Part shown: piece after piece, positions 1 to 8,201 of the stretch
Layout: each line of letters starts with the position of its first letter
Position numbering within the stretch: position 1 is the stretch's first letter
Source: an uncultured Bacteroidota bacterium
GTDB lineage: Bacteria > Bacteroidota > Bacteroidia > Flavobacteriales > Flavobacteriaceae
Reading direction: 5' to 3'
Assembly: GCA_902629505.1 (NCBI GenBank)
Contig: CACORF010000003.1
Span: forward strand, 11,939-75,938
DNA length: 64,000 bases
The notes under the pieces: generated by a model
The model's database searches: none
Seen by the model: the letters and a program-made list of their open reading frames with translations, nothing else
Told to the model about the DNA's origin: nothing
Made by a program: the position numbers and the translations under genes

Positions 1-169
1 CATAGAACTGCTCGTATTTAGTAAAATTATCTTGGCAAAACTTGTGATTACATCCAATATGCGGCATACCAGCATCCTGAGTGTTACCCAGGACATATAT
101 ATACTCTGATTGAGCATAAATAGGAATAGTAATGGATAGAATGTAGAAAAATTTTAAAAATCTAATCAA
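1..169 (-). CDS. PqqB-like MBL-fold metallo-hydrolase, N-terminal fragment (gene runs off the left edge)
   Basis: Not in the ORF track. The minus frame reads (TTG)MIRFLKFFYILSITIPIYAQSEYIYVLGNTQDAGMPHIGCNHKFCQDNFTKYEQFY. This is a short signal peptide followed by a 'VLG..QDAG.P..GC' motif that I recall from PqqB-family beta-lactamase-fold proteins of Flavobacteriia. An in-frame stop at 179..181 leaves only TTG 169..167 (or ATT) as a start. Confidence 0.4.
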   Translation of the reverse strand, partial: MIRFLKFFYILSITIPIYAQSEYIYVLGNTQDAGMPHIGCNHKFCQDNFTKYEQFY

Positions 170-2190
170 AATGAAAAATTAAGACCAAAGTAAAAATTTC
201 TTTTTGGAGCCGGCTCATAGTATCTTCTTCCAAAAGCATTTATCCTTATGTTATCATAAAACTCTTGATCAAAAAGATTATTAACTCCGATTGTAAATTC
301 ACTATTTTTCAAAATCCCTTTTGAATATTTAACATTAAAGATATTGTATGAGCTAATAAGAGTCTCGTTAAGATTATCAGCATACCTCTCTCCTATTAGG
401 CGATTAGTTAATATTAATGTTCTTTTTCTAGATAATTTGAGTAAGAGTTCCAAATCTAGCATTTGACTTGGAATTCCTGGGATTAAATTATCTGAAAGAT
501 CCGTACCATTAAATATAAATTCTTTGAATCTATTTTTACTCAATGTATAGTTAAGGCTAAAAAAACCTCGATCAAATGAAAGGGTAGAACTAAGCTCAAC
601 TCCCTTTCTAATTGTTGATCCCACATTTCTATAAAAGTTTTTACCAGGAAATTGTTCAATTTCATAAGGTAAAATTTCGTTATCTGAATTTGTAATATAA
701 GCTACAGCCTCAAAAGCAATATTTGTTAATGATTTTCTCCATCCAATCTCATAGTTGACAGCATTATTAGAGTTTAAGTCTTTATTAAATCCACTACCAT
801 CTGGGTTATTTGATAACTCATTTAAAGTTGGTGTCTCAAAGCTTGTTCCAAAGGAGAAAAACAAATTATCCGATGAATTGATTGTATATGATAAACCTAA
901 AGAGGGGTTGATTTTATCTAAATTAATTTTGTTACTTGAATCAATTCCAATAGAGTTGATATCATATCTAATACCATATCTAAAAAGGAAACCTGTAATG
1001 AATCTAGTTTGATTAACAAGGTAAAAACCTGTTGAATCAAAGTTTTCCATTTGACTTAAAGTTACATCTCCCCTTGAACCAAAATTATTTTTGAATCTTT
1101 TTCTATCATCTGATTGGCTCAAATGATCAAGACCCATAACAAAAGAGTTATTTTTGTTTTCAGAATTTTTATTTCTTGTAAATTTTGTTCCAAATCCAAA
1201 ATAATTTCTGTCAATTTCAATAACTCCACCAAAATTAAAAGGTAATTTTGAGTAAAAATCTCTTTTTTGATAGAAGAAATAGCTGTCAAAAAAGGAATCT
1301 TCGCTTTTCTTATAATTCCAAGATACCCCTGTTTTTAAGTGTTTTACCTTTTCATAAGTATCGTAATCAATATTATTTTTTCTAGCTTGTCTTCTATCAT
1401 CTTTAACTTCACTTAGTTTAAGACCGCCTGGGTCGAATGCATAAGGGCTATCAGTATAATTTATTTGCCAAATAATCTTGTTTTTTTGATTCAACTCATT
1501 AATATATTTAAGATTTAGTATTGTGGATTTGTAGTTACTTTGATCTCTATACCCGTTAGATTTTCTTTTATCATAATGGATTATTAGGTTTGAAGTTTCC
1601 CAGTTTAAAACTCTTGTCCTCTGAATAGATTGATATTGATAAGCTCCAAAGATTCCTGAAGTTCTATAATACTTTTCATCAGGATTAGACAAAGTATTTA
1701 TACTTATTACTCCACCAGAGGAGTTACCATATAAGTTTGCATTTGGACCTCTTAATATTTCAATGTTTGAAATCAACCCTAGTGGGAGATTGTCTAATTG
1801 ACTTTGTCCATCGGGAGTTGTCTCTGGAATACCATCAACTATTAACTTTATTCCTCTTATACCAAAAGCAGATCTTGCACCAAAACCTCTCATTGAAATC
1901 CTCATGTCTTGAGAGAAATTATTTGATGAGGTAGTAAAAACACCTGGTGTATTTTTTATAAAATCAGAAAATGAAGATTGTGAGCTGAAGTTTTTATCCT
2001 CACTAAAGCTTTTTAAAGTAACTGATAATGGAGCCTGCTTTTGAATCGTATTAATTTTAGTTGATTTAACAACTACATTTTCAAGATCTATAGTTTGAAT
2101 TGTATCTTGCAAATTACCAAAAACAAAAAATGGCGCTATTATTATAATTCTATTGATATACCCTAACATAGTCAATTTCGTAAGTTGCAC
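166..2190 (-). CDS. TonB-dependent outer-membrane receptor (plug plus beta-barrel)
   Basis: 674 aa. Plug segment 'ISMRGFGARS..IKLIVDGIPE..ISNIEILRGPNANLYGNSSGGVISINT', a long Y/N/S/G-rich barrel region, and a C-terminal aromatic end '...YFGLNFSF'. An alternative start is at M8 (2169). Confidence 0.85.
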   Translation of the reverse strand: MQLTKLTMLGYINRIIIIAPFFVFGNLQDTIQTIDLENVVVKSTKINTIQKQAPLSVTLKSFSEDKNFSSQSSFSDFIKNTPGVFTTSSNNFSQDMRISMRGFGARSAFGIRGIKLIVDGIPETTPDGQSQLDNLPLGLISNIEILRGPNANLYGNSSGGVISINTLSNPDEKYYRTSGIFGAYQYQSIQRTRVLNWETSNLIIHYDKRKSNGYRDQSNYKSTILNLKYINELNQKNKIIWQINYTDSPYAFDPGGLKLSEVKDDRRQARKNNIDYDTYEKVKHLKTGVSWNYKKSEDSFFDSYFFYQKRDFYSKLPFNFGGVIEIDRNYFGFGTKFTRNKNSENKNNSFVMGLDHLSQSDDRKRFKNNFGSRGDVTLSQMENFDSTGFYLVNQTRFITGFLFRYGIRYDINSIGIDSSNKINLDKINPSLGLSYTINSSDNLFFSFGTSFETPTLNELSNNPDGSGFNKDLNSNNAVNYEIGWRKSLTNIAFEAVAYITNSDNEILPYEIEQFPGKNFYRNVGSTIRKGVELSSTLSFDRGFFSLNYTLSKNRFKEFIFNGTDLSDNLIPGIPSQMLDLELLLKLSRKRTLILTNRLIGERYADNLNETLISSYNIFNVKYSKGILKNSEFTIGVNNLFDQEFYDNIRINAFGRRYYEPAPKRNFYFGLNFSF

Positions 2191-3163
2191 TTGTAAATCC
2201 TGGAGCTACATATCCATCAGTCCAGTGACCACCAACCGCAAGGTTCAAGAGTAAGAAAAATGGTTTGTCAAATGGTGAGTGTTGAGATTGCATTGGATAC
2301 TCAAAATACATTTCTTCATCAACAAAAAATTCGATTTTATCTGGGGTCCATTGGATTGAATAGGTATGAAATTCCTCAAATGGATTATCAATAATTTTTT
2401 CTGCTCTAATAAATCTTTCTTGACCAGTATCAAAAAAGATTTTATCTTGAACATATGTAGTCTGCCATGAATAATCTTGAGGACCATAGTGAACAGCAGA
2501 GGAGATTAATCCTGGATCATTACTAGTGCTATCTTTCACATAGTCTCCATGTTCTAATATGTCTAGCTCTCCACAATTAGGCCAACTAATATCATCAATA
2601 TTTGCGCCTAGCATCCAAAATGCTGGCCACATTCCCTCCCAGTTTGGAAGTTTTGCTTTCATCTCAACTCGACCATAAGTAAATTCAAATTTATCCTGTG
2701 TGTTTATTCTTGCAGATGTATATAATTTACCCTGAAAATCTTCTCTTTTTGCAGTAATTTTCAATAGACCGTCTTCAACTTTAATATTGTCTTGTTTATC
2801 CGTATAATACTGTAACTCTCCATTATACCAGCTCCCATTATCTGGAGCAACTGTTTCTATGTTCCATTTATCAGAGGAAACAGCAGGAGATCCAGATAAT
2901 GAATTTTCATCAAATTCATCACTCCAAACAAGCTCGTTACCAAAAGAATAACTCGTATTTGTTTGGTTAGACGAGGAATTTCCTTGACTATTTAAGCTTC
3001 CTTGACTATTTAAGCTTCCTTGACTATTTAAGCTTCCTTGATTTAAGTTTGAGGTCTGATTAACATTTCCCGAAAGAAGAGAATCATTGACGTCAGATTT
3101 AGAGCCACCACACGAGATTAATAAAAACAAAGTAAAAAAGACTGAATTTAAGTAGGCTTTCAT
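2150..3163 (-). CDS. Glycoside hydrolase family 16 (laminarinase-like beta-glucanase) lipoprotein
   Basis: GH16 catalytic motif 'GELDILEH' preceded by 'WPAFWMLG'. Lipoprotein signal MKAYLNSVFFTLFLLISC. The start is trimmed to ATG at 3163, because the track start at 3259 adds an implausible leader that overlaps nupC. A repetitive S/N/Q linker follows the lipobox. Confidence 0.85.
   Translation of the reverse strand: MKAYLNSVFFTLFLLISCGGSKSDVNDSLLSGNVNQTSNLNQGSLNSQGSLNSQGSLNSQGNSSSNQTNTSYSFGNELVWSDEFDENSLSGSPAVSSDKWNIETVAPDNGSWYNGELQYYTDKQDNIKVEDGLLKITAKREDFQGKLYTSARINTQDKFEFTYGRVEMKAKLPNWEGMWPAFWMLGANIDDISWPNCGELDILEHGDYVKDSTSNDPGLISSAVHYGPQDYSWQTTYVQDKIFFDTGQERFIRAEKIIDNPFEEFHTYSIQWTPDKIEFFVDEEMYFEYPMQSQHSPFDKPFFLLLNLAVGGHWTDGYVAPGFTSATYEIDYVRVYQ
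2981..3047 (-). repeat. In-frame 18-bp tandem repeat (about 3.5 copies of tccttgactatttaagct) encoding (QGSLNS)n in the GH16 linker
   Basis: Perfect direct repeats read at 2981-2998, 2999-3016 and 3017-3034, plus a partial copy. The protein shows QGSLNSQGSLNSQGSLNSQG. Confidence 0.9.
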
Positions 3164-3257
3164 ATATAAGGTGAATTGTAAGTCAAAGCTAATAATATTT
3201 ATTATTTTTAGTAAAACTTTTTTAATGGAATTAATTCCACACCAAGGAATTTCAATC

Positions 3258-4544
3258 ATGTCAATCTTAAGAGGGATAATAGGGTTGGTTTCTATTATTT
3301 TAATTGCTTATTCACTGAGCAATAATAAGAGGAAAATTGATTGGAAGACTATCATAATTGGTATTTCAAGTCAGTTTATTATTGCTATAGCAGTATTAAA
3401 AGTTGATTTTGTTAGAATGATTTTTGAAAAACTTGGCCAAGGTTTTTTAGCAATTGTAACTTACACAAATCAAGGGTCTAGAATTCTATTTGGTGAATTA
3501 GCAGACTCGTCTAAATATGGTGAGATATTTGTATTTCAGGTTCTACCTGTTATTATTTTCTTTTCAGCACTCACATCAGTATTATATTATTATCGAATTA
3601 TTCAAAGAATCGTTTCCGGACTAGCATGGATGCTTACTAAACTTTTGAATATATCTGGTCAAGAAAGTTTAGCAGTTGCTGGAAATATTTTTTTAGGACA
3701 AACTGAAGCTCCTCTTTTAGTTAAAGGATACCTTGGTAAAATGAACAGATCGGAATATTTTCTTTTGATGACAGGTGGTATGGCAACTGTAGCAGGAAGC
3801 GTTCTAGCTGCCTATATAGGATTTTTAGGAGGTGATGATCCTGTGCAAAGAATAGAAGTGGCAAAAAACTTAATCATTGCATCTGTAATGGCTGCTCCTG
3901 GTGCAATTGTGATTTCAAAAATAATGTTTCCACAAACCGAAGAGGTAAATAAAGTAATAGAAATAAGTACTGAAGTTACAGGTACAAATCTACTTTCAGC
4001 AATAACTAACGGCACAAGAGATGGAATTAAAATGGCTGTTAATGTTGGAGCAATGTTACTTGTATTTCTTGCACTAATTGCTCTTGTCAATGGAGTTTTA
4101 TTTCAAATAGCAGAAGTCTTTGGCTTGAATTTATGGATTGAGCAGAATACAATCTACAGCTCTTTGTCACTTGAATTAATATTGGGTTATTTATTTGCGC
4201 CTCTAATGTGGTTAATTGGTGTTGCTAAAGAAGATATAACTCTAATGGGACAGCTTTTAGGTGTCAAGCTAGCTGCCAGTGAATTTGTTGCATATATTGA
4301 ACTAGCCAGTTTGAAAGATATCACTAGCGCAATGTATCTAAGCTATCAAAAGTCTGTAATTATGGCCACGATAATGCTTTGTGGGTTTGCAAACTTTGCT
4401 TCAATTGGAATCCAAATAGGGGGAATTGGAATATTAGCCCCAGGAAAATCTAAATTATTAACTGAATTAGGATTTAAAGCCATGTTAGCAGGAACACTTG
4501 TTTCATTATTATCAGCAACTTTTGTTGGAATGCTTCTTGGTTAA
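3258..4544 (+). CDS. nupC: NupC/CNT-family concentrative nucleoside transporter
   Basis: Polytopic membrane protein with 'GNIFLGQTEAPLLVKGYL' and 'ELGFKAMLAGTL' motifs typical of the NupC family. The start is trimmed to ATG 3258 (MSILRGIIGL...). Confidence 0.8.
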   Translation: MSILRGIIGLVSIILIAYSLSNNKRKIDWKTIIIGISSQFIIAIAVLKVDFVRMIFEKLGQGFLAIVTYTNQGSRILFGELADSSKYGEIFVFQVLPVIIFFSALTSVLYYYRIIQRIVSGLAWMLTKLLNISGQESLAVAGNIFLGQTEAPLLVKGYLGKMNRSEYFLLMTGGMATVAGSVLAAYIGFLGGDDPVQRIEVAKNLIIASVMAAPGAIVISKIMFPQTEEVNKVIEISTEVTGTNLLSAITNGTRDGIKMAVNVGAMLLVFLALIALVNGVLFQIAEVFGLNLWIEQNTIYSSLSLELILGYLFAPLMWLIGVAKEDITLMGQLLGVKLAASEFVAYIELASLKDITSAMYLSYQKSVIMATIMLCGFANFASIGIQIGGIGILAPGKSKLLTELGFKAMLAGTLVSLLSATFVGMLLG

Positions 4545-6316
4545 TTTTCTTCAGTAGAAAGTCTTTTCCAAAATTTCATTAGGAGTAAAACTGATATTAC
4601 AGATATAATAATAAAGTAAAGTCCAAGTGTTGTCTTTGAATATAGAATGTAGCCTACTCCAAAGAGAACACTATAGACAGATATGCTACCAAAAACCATA
4701 CACAATATTCCACTCGGCACATCCCATTTTTCTTTTTTACCAGAGATAATTACACCACTATCCTCTGATTCTTTAACTATCTTTTTCCATCCAGGACCAC
4801 CAGGTTGAATTTTTTTATAAAAATTTTGCAAAGTATCCATACTTGACGGAGGTGTAATCATAGTTACAATCAACCATGAAATAGTTGTTATCGTTACACC
4901 AATAATAAGTTTTTCCTCAACTGAAAAATTATTAGGTATTATAAATTCAAAAGCTAAAGCAACTAAAAAGGATACTATCATTGCTGTTAATTCACTATAT
5001 ACGTTTATTCTGTACCAAAACCATCTCAGAATAAATATTAAACCTGTCCCAGCACCAATTTGAAGAATTATTCCAAATGCTTGAAGTGAGTTATTCAGAT
5101 AAAGAGCAAAGAATGCAGATATAATCATCAACAATACAGTGAACACTCTTCCCATTAACACATAATGTTTCTCTGATTTATCAGTAACAAAAAACCTTCT
5201 GTAGAAGTCATGTACTAGATATGATGATCCCCAATTTAGATGAGTTGATATAGTTGACATAAAGGCTGCAATTAAAGATGCGACTAAGAGACCTAATAAT
5301 CCTGATGGTAAAAAGGAAATCATCGCTGGATACGCAAGATCATTTCCAACAATTGTATTTGGAAAAGCTACTTGAAGTGACTCTAAATTAGGGAAGACAA
5401 CAATAGATGCCAGTGCAATCAAAATCCACGGCCATGGTCTTACAGCATAATGCATAAAATTAAAAAGTAGTGTAGCCCAAATTGCATTCTTTTCATCTTT
5501 TGCTGATAACATTCTTTGAGCAACATATCCTCCACCACCTGGTTCTGCTCCAGGATACCATACAGCCCACCATTGAACTGCTAGTGGAATTATAAATACT
5601 GCAATAAATAAATCTGTATCTGCTATATCAGGAATCAGACTAAGTTTTGGAATAACATCCGGGTGATTAAGAAGTTTGGTCAATCCCTGAATTTGAGGTA
5701 GAGATACAATCTCGTAAGCAGCCCAGAAAGTTGCAACCATTGCCAAAATAAATTGAAAGAAGTCTGTTATTATAATTCCCCTTAGACCACCAATTGAACT
5801 GTAAATTACTGTAATTGCACATGAAATAAGAAGTGTTTCAACTGGGCTTAAGCCTAATAATGCTCCCCCAATTTTAATTCCTGCCAAACATACGCTTGCC
5901 ATAATTAGTATATTAAAAACTGCTCCCAAGTAGAATGCTCTAAAACCTCTTAAAAAAGCTGCTCCTTTTCCACTATATCTTAGTTCATAAAATTCTAAAT
6001 CAGTCAGCACTTTTGATCTTCTCCAAAGTTTCGCATAAACAAAAACTGTTAACATTCCTGTCAACAAGAAAGCCCACCAAACCCAATTTCCAGCAACACC
6101 ATTAGTCCTTACTATATCTGTTACCAAATTTGGTGTATCAGCTGAAAAAGTTGTAGCTACCATTGATATCCCAAGTAACCACCAAGGCATCTTTCTACCT
6201 GAAAGAAAAAACTCTGTAACATCTTTTCCAGATTTTTTTGAAACAACAACTCCAATTACTAATGATAGTATAAAGAAGGATGATATTATAAGCCAATCTA
6301 AGTTTTCTAATTGCAT
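4541..6316 (-). CDS. Sodium:solute symporter (SSS) family transporter
   Basis: 591 aa with about 13-14 TM segments. 'GGGGYVAQRMLSAKDEKNA' is the SSS signature region. Substrate not assignable. Confidence 0.8.
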   Translation of the reverse strand: MQLENLDWLIISSFFILSLVIGVVVSKKSGKDVTEFFLSGRKMPWWLLGISMVATTFSADTPNLVTDIVRTNGVAGNWVWWAFLLTGMLTVFVYAKLWRRSKVLTDLEFYELRYSGKGAAFLRGFRAFYLGAVFNILIMASVCLAGIKIGGALLGLSPVETLLISCAITVIYSSIGGLRGIIITDFFQFILAMVATFWAAYEIVSLPQIQGLTKLLNHPDVIPKLSLIPDIADTDLFIAVFIIPLAVQWWAVWYPGAEPGGGGYVAQRMLSAKDEKNAIWATLLFNFMHYAVRPWPWILIALASIVVFPNLESLQVAFPNTIVGNDLAYPAMISFLPSGLLGLLVASLIAAFMSTISTHLNWGSSYLVHDFYRRFFVTDKSEKHYVLMGRVFTVLLMIISAFFALYLNNSLQAFGIILQIGAGTGLIFILRWFWYRINVYSELTAMIVSFLVALAFEFIIPNNFSVEEKLIIGVTITTISWLIVTMITPPSSMDTLQNFYKKIQPGGPGWKKIVKESEDSGVIISGKKEKWDVPSGILCMVFGSISVYSVLFGVGYILYSKTTLGLYFIIISVISVLLLMKFWKRLSTEEN

Positions 6317-6349
6317 GTTAAAGGTTTATCTTAGTGAAAAATTATTAGG

Positions 6350-7006
6350 TTGATTCAATATAATAAATATATAGTTTTTTTAATGCTTTCAATGTTGATT
6401 GTTGGATTTAGTTATTCTCAAGAAAATTCAAACAACTCAACGGGATCTTCCTTTTTCTCCTCAAATTCTAATTCTGAAAAATCACTTTTAAAACTAGAAA
6501 AAAAAGAGAATCCATTTTTAAAAAAACTAAAAGATAAAAACAAAAAAAATTTTTTTCCAGATGCTAACGTAAAAGAAAAAAAGCCTGAAAGATTTATTAA
6601 CTCAAATGATTTTTATCTTTCAAGGCTCAATAGGAGAGAAACTGAATCAAATAAAAATATTAATAAATTTAAGGTTGATCAATTCCTTGGAGAGATCAGA
6701 AATGATGGTGAATATGTAAACATTATTCTTAGAGATCATGAATATCCTGATGGTGATTTGATTAAAGTTGAGGTTAATGAAAATATTGTGATGCCTGCAA
6801 TATTATTAACAGAGAAAGCAAAAGGTTTTAAACTTGATCTTAAAAGTGGGTTTAATGTTGTTGACTTCGTTGCTTTAAATCAAGGAAGCTCAGGGCCAAA
6901 TACAGCAGAAATTATTGTGTATGATGATCAAGGAAAATTAGTTGGTACAAATAGATGGAATCTGGCTACTGGAGTTAAAGCTACCTATATAATCTACAAA
7001 AATTAG
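6350..7006 (+). CDS. Hypothetical secreted protein (low-complexity N-terminus, about 110-aa C-terminal beta-rich domain)
   Basis: Signal-like MLSMLIVGFSYSQ. TTG start in the track, and ATG 6383 is also possible. No motif recognised. Confidence 0.45.
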   Translation: MIQYNKYIVFLMLSMLIVGFSYSQENSNNSTGSSFFSSNSNSEKSLLKLEKKENPFLKKLKDKNKKNFFPDANVKEKKPERFINSNDFYLSRLNRRETESNKNINKFKVDQFLGEIRNDGEYVNIILRDHEYPDGDLIKVEVNENIVMPAILLTEKAKGFKLDLKSGFNVVDFVALNQGSSGPNTAEIIVYDDQGKLVGTNRWNLATGVKATYIIYKN

Positions 7007-8133
7007 CTGTAGATATCTAGCATTGCACTTACAAACCTATCTACCTCTTGGCTAGTTCCAGTGCTTATTCTACACCACTCGTAGAAAGGTGGAAAAGGTC
7101 TACCTATTCTTACACCCTTGTCAAGCATTTCTTTCGATAAAATATCAATGTGTTTTTTGGATTCAAAAAAAACAAAATTAGTGCTAGACTCAACATACTT
7201 TAGGCCCAAATAATCTAAAAGTTTATATATCTTATCTTTTTCCTCATTAGCTTTTTTTAATGAAAAAGCATAAAAATCTTTATCCTTTAATGCTTCAATC
7301 GCAGCTGCAACTGCAAGCACATTTGTCTGAGCCATAATTTTATTTCTTCCATATGGAGAATATTCTCCAAATAGTTTATCTGCTAATTGAGGCTTTAAAA
7401 CCATATAACCAATTCTTAGTCCAGCCATTCCATAAACTTTTGAAAATGTTCTAGAGATAATTATATCTTTTTCCTGTCTTACCAAGTAGTCCATTGAGGG
7501 ATAGTCTGGTTCATTTATATAATCATAGTAAGCCTCGTCACAAAAAACTAATGTTTTTTCTGAAACTCCTTCGCAGAATTTACTTAGTGATGATTTTTCT
7601 AGTAATGTTCCTGTCGGATTATTTGGGTTTGCAATAAAAACCATTTTAGTTTTTTCATTTATATTTTTTTGTATTTCGACCAAGTCATATCCTTTATTTG
7701 AATCAACCGGGACCCAGTTTATCTTTCCACCCCACGCTTCTGCATAGCTCATTAAGGCTAGATATGTTGGCTTACCAGCCACAATCTCTCCCCCTTGATC
7801 TGCTACTGCCAATCCCGTGACCCTTAAAGCTTCATTCGAACCTCCTGTAATTACAATACTCTCTGGACTAACATCATGTTTTTTTGCTAATATGTTCTGT
7901 AACTTTAAAATATACTCATAAGGGTAGCGACATGCATCTTCAAATGAATCAACAATTGCATTTCTTACTTTTTCTGATGGACCATATGGATTTTCATTTG
8001 AGCTAAGTTTAACTATATCAGATAAAGGTCTTGGATTATATTTTTTAATTTCTTCAGCAGTCAGAATTGATGGTGTCATCATTAACCCACCTAAACCTAT
8101 TGAAGACTTGAACCACTCACGTCTAGATTGCAT
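7003..8133 (-). CDS. Class I/II PLP-dependent aminotransferase (HisC-like) with an N-terminal twin-arginine signal
   Basis: 'SRTFSKVYGMAGLRIGY' (PLP-lysine region) and 'NPNNPTG'. The N-terminus MQSRREWFKSSIGLGGLMMTPSILTA matches the Tat consensus S/T-R-R-x-F-L-K followed by a hydrophobic region. Confidence 0.8.
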   Translation of the reverse strand: MQSRREWFKSSIGLGGLMMTPSILTAEEIKKYNPRPLSDIVKLSSNENPYGPSEKVRNAIVDSFEDACRYPYEYILKLQNILAKKHDVSPESIVITGGSNEALRVTGLAVADQGGEIVAGKPTYLALMSYAEAWGGKINWVPVDSNKGYDLVEIQKNINEKTKMVFIANPNNPTGTLLEKSSLSKFCEGVSEKTLVFCDEAYYDYINEPDYPSMDYLVRQEKDIIISRTFSKVYGMAGLRIGYMVLKPQLADKLFGEYSPYGRNKIMAQTNVLAVAAAIEALKDKDFYAFSLKKANEEKDKIYKLLDYLGLKYVESSTNFVFFESKKHIDILSKEMLDKGVRIGRPFPPFYEWCRISTGTSQEVDRFVSAMLDIYS

Positions 8134-8201
8134 AATTATTTATTTTACTTTAATTTAAAAAAGAAAGTATTCTTTTCAAAATTTAATGTTTAATTTACAA
8201 C

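Noticed and set aside
755-1012. Many 60-125 aa ORFs in the track lie inside, and mostly antisense to, larger well-supported genes. Examples: 755-1012, 1737-1934, 2245-2487, 3812-4090, 8714-8980, 9874-10071, 13162-13586, 14843-15040, 15274-15757, 16981-17238, 19069-19278 (same strand as its host, out of frame), 19391-19965, 23053-23298, 24288-24536, 27060-27263, 30948-31540, 32824-33012, 33602-33979, 36313-36516, 40044-40849, 45174-45404, 46015-46215, 46983-47255, 47589-47801, 49872-51595, 53728-53922, 54442-54669, 54871-55444, 57576-58685, 59454-59678 and 63605-63790.
   Set aside because: They are shadow ORFs, as expected in AT-rich DNA opposite or out of frame with real genes. They have low-complexity or odd composition (L/F/S/I-rich), no recognisable motifs and no independent spacing or promoter signals. 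Every one is fully covered by a gene with strong family motifs.
2150-2190. The 41-nt overlap between the GH16 3' end and the TonB-dependent receptor 5' end as a programmed frameshift or gene fusion.
   Set aside because: The overlap shrinks to 20 nt with the alternative receptor start at M8 (2169). Both proteins have complete, independent N-terminal signal sequences, so this is ordinary operon overlap in a compact genome.
2981-3047. Short direct repeats that could be mistaken for a CRISPR array.
   Set aside because: The repeats are contiguous with no spacers, only 18 bp long, in frame inside the GH16 gene, and there are no cas genes. This is a coding tandem repeat.
3164-3259. N-terminal extensions of track ORFs: GH16 to 3259, nupC from 3171, plsC to 25899, holB from 47834, mnmG to 51663, ybeY to 52084, folB from 56118, the MBL hydrolase to 62131 and lepA to 63890.
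   Set aside because: In each case a downstream start gives a canonical N-terminus (signal peptide or conserved first motif). It also removes an overlap with a neighbouring gene or promoter box. The extensions have no family-like sequence.
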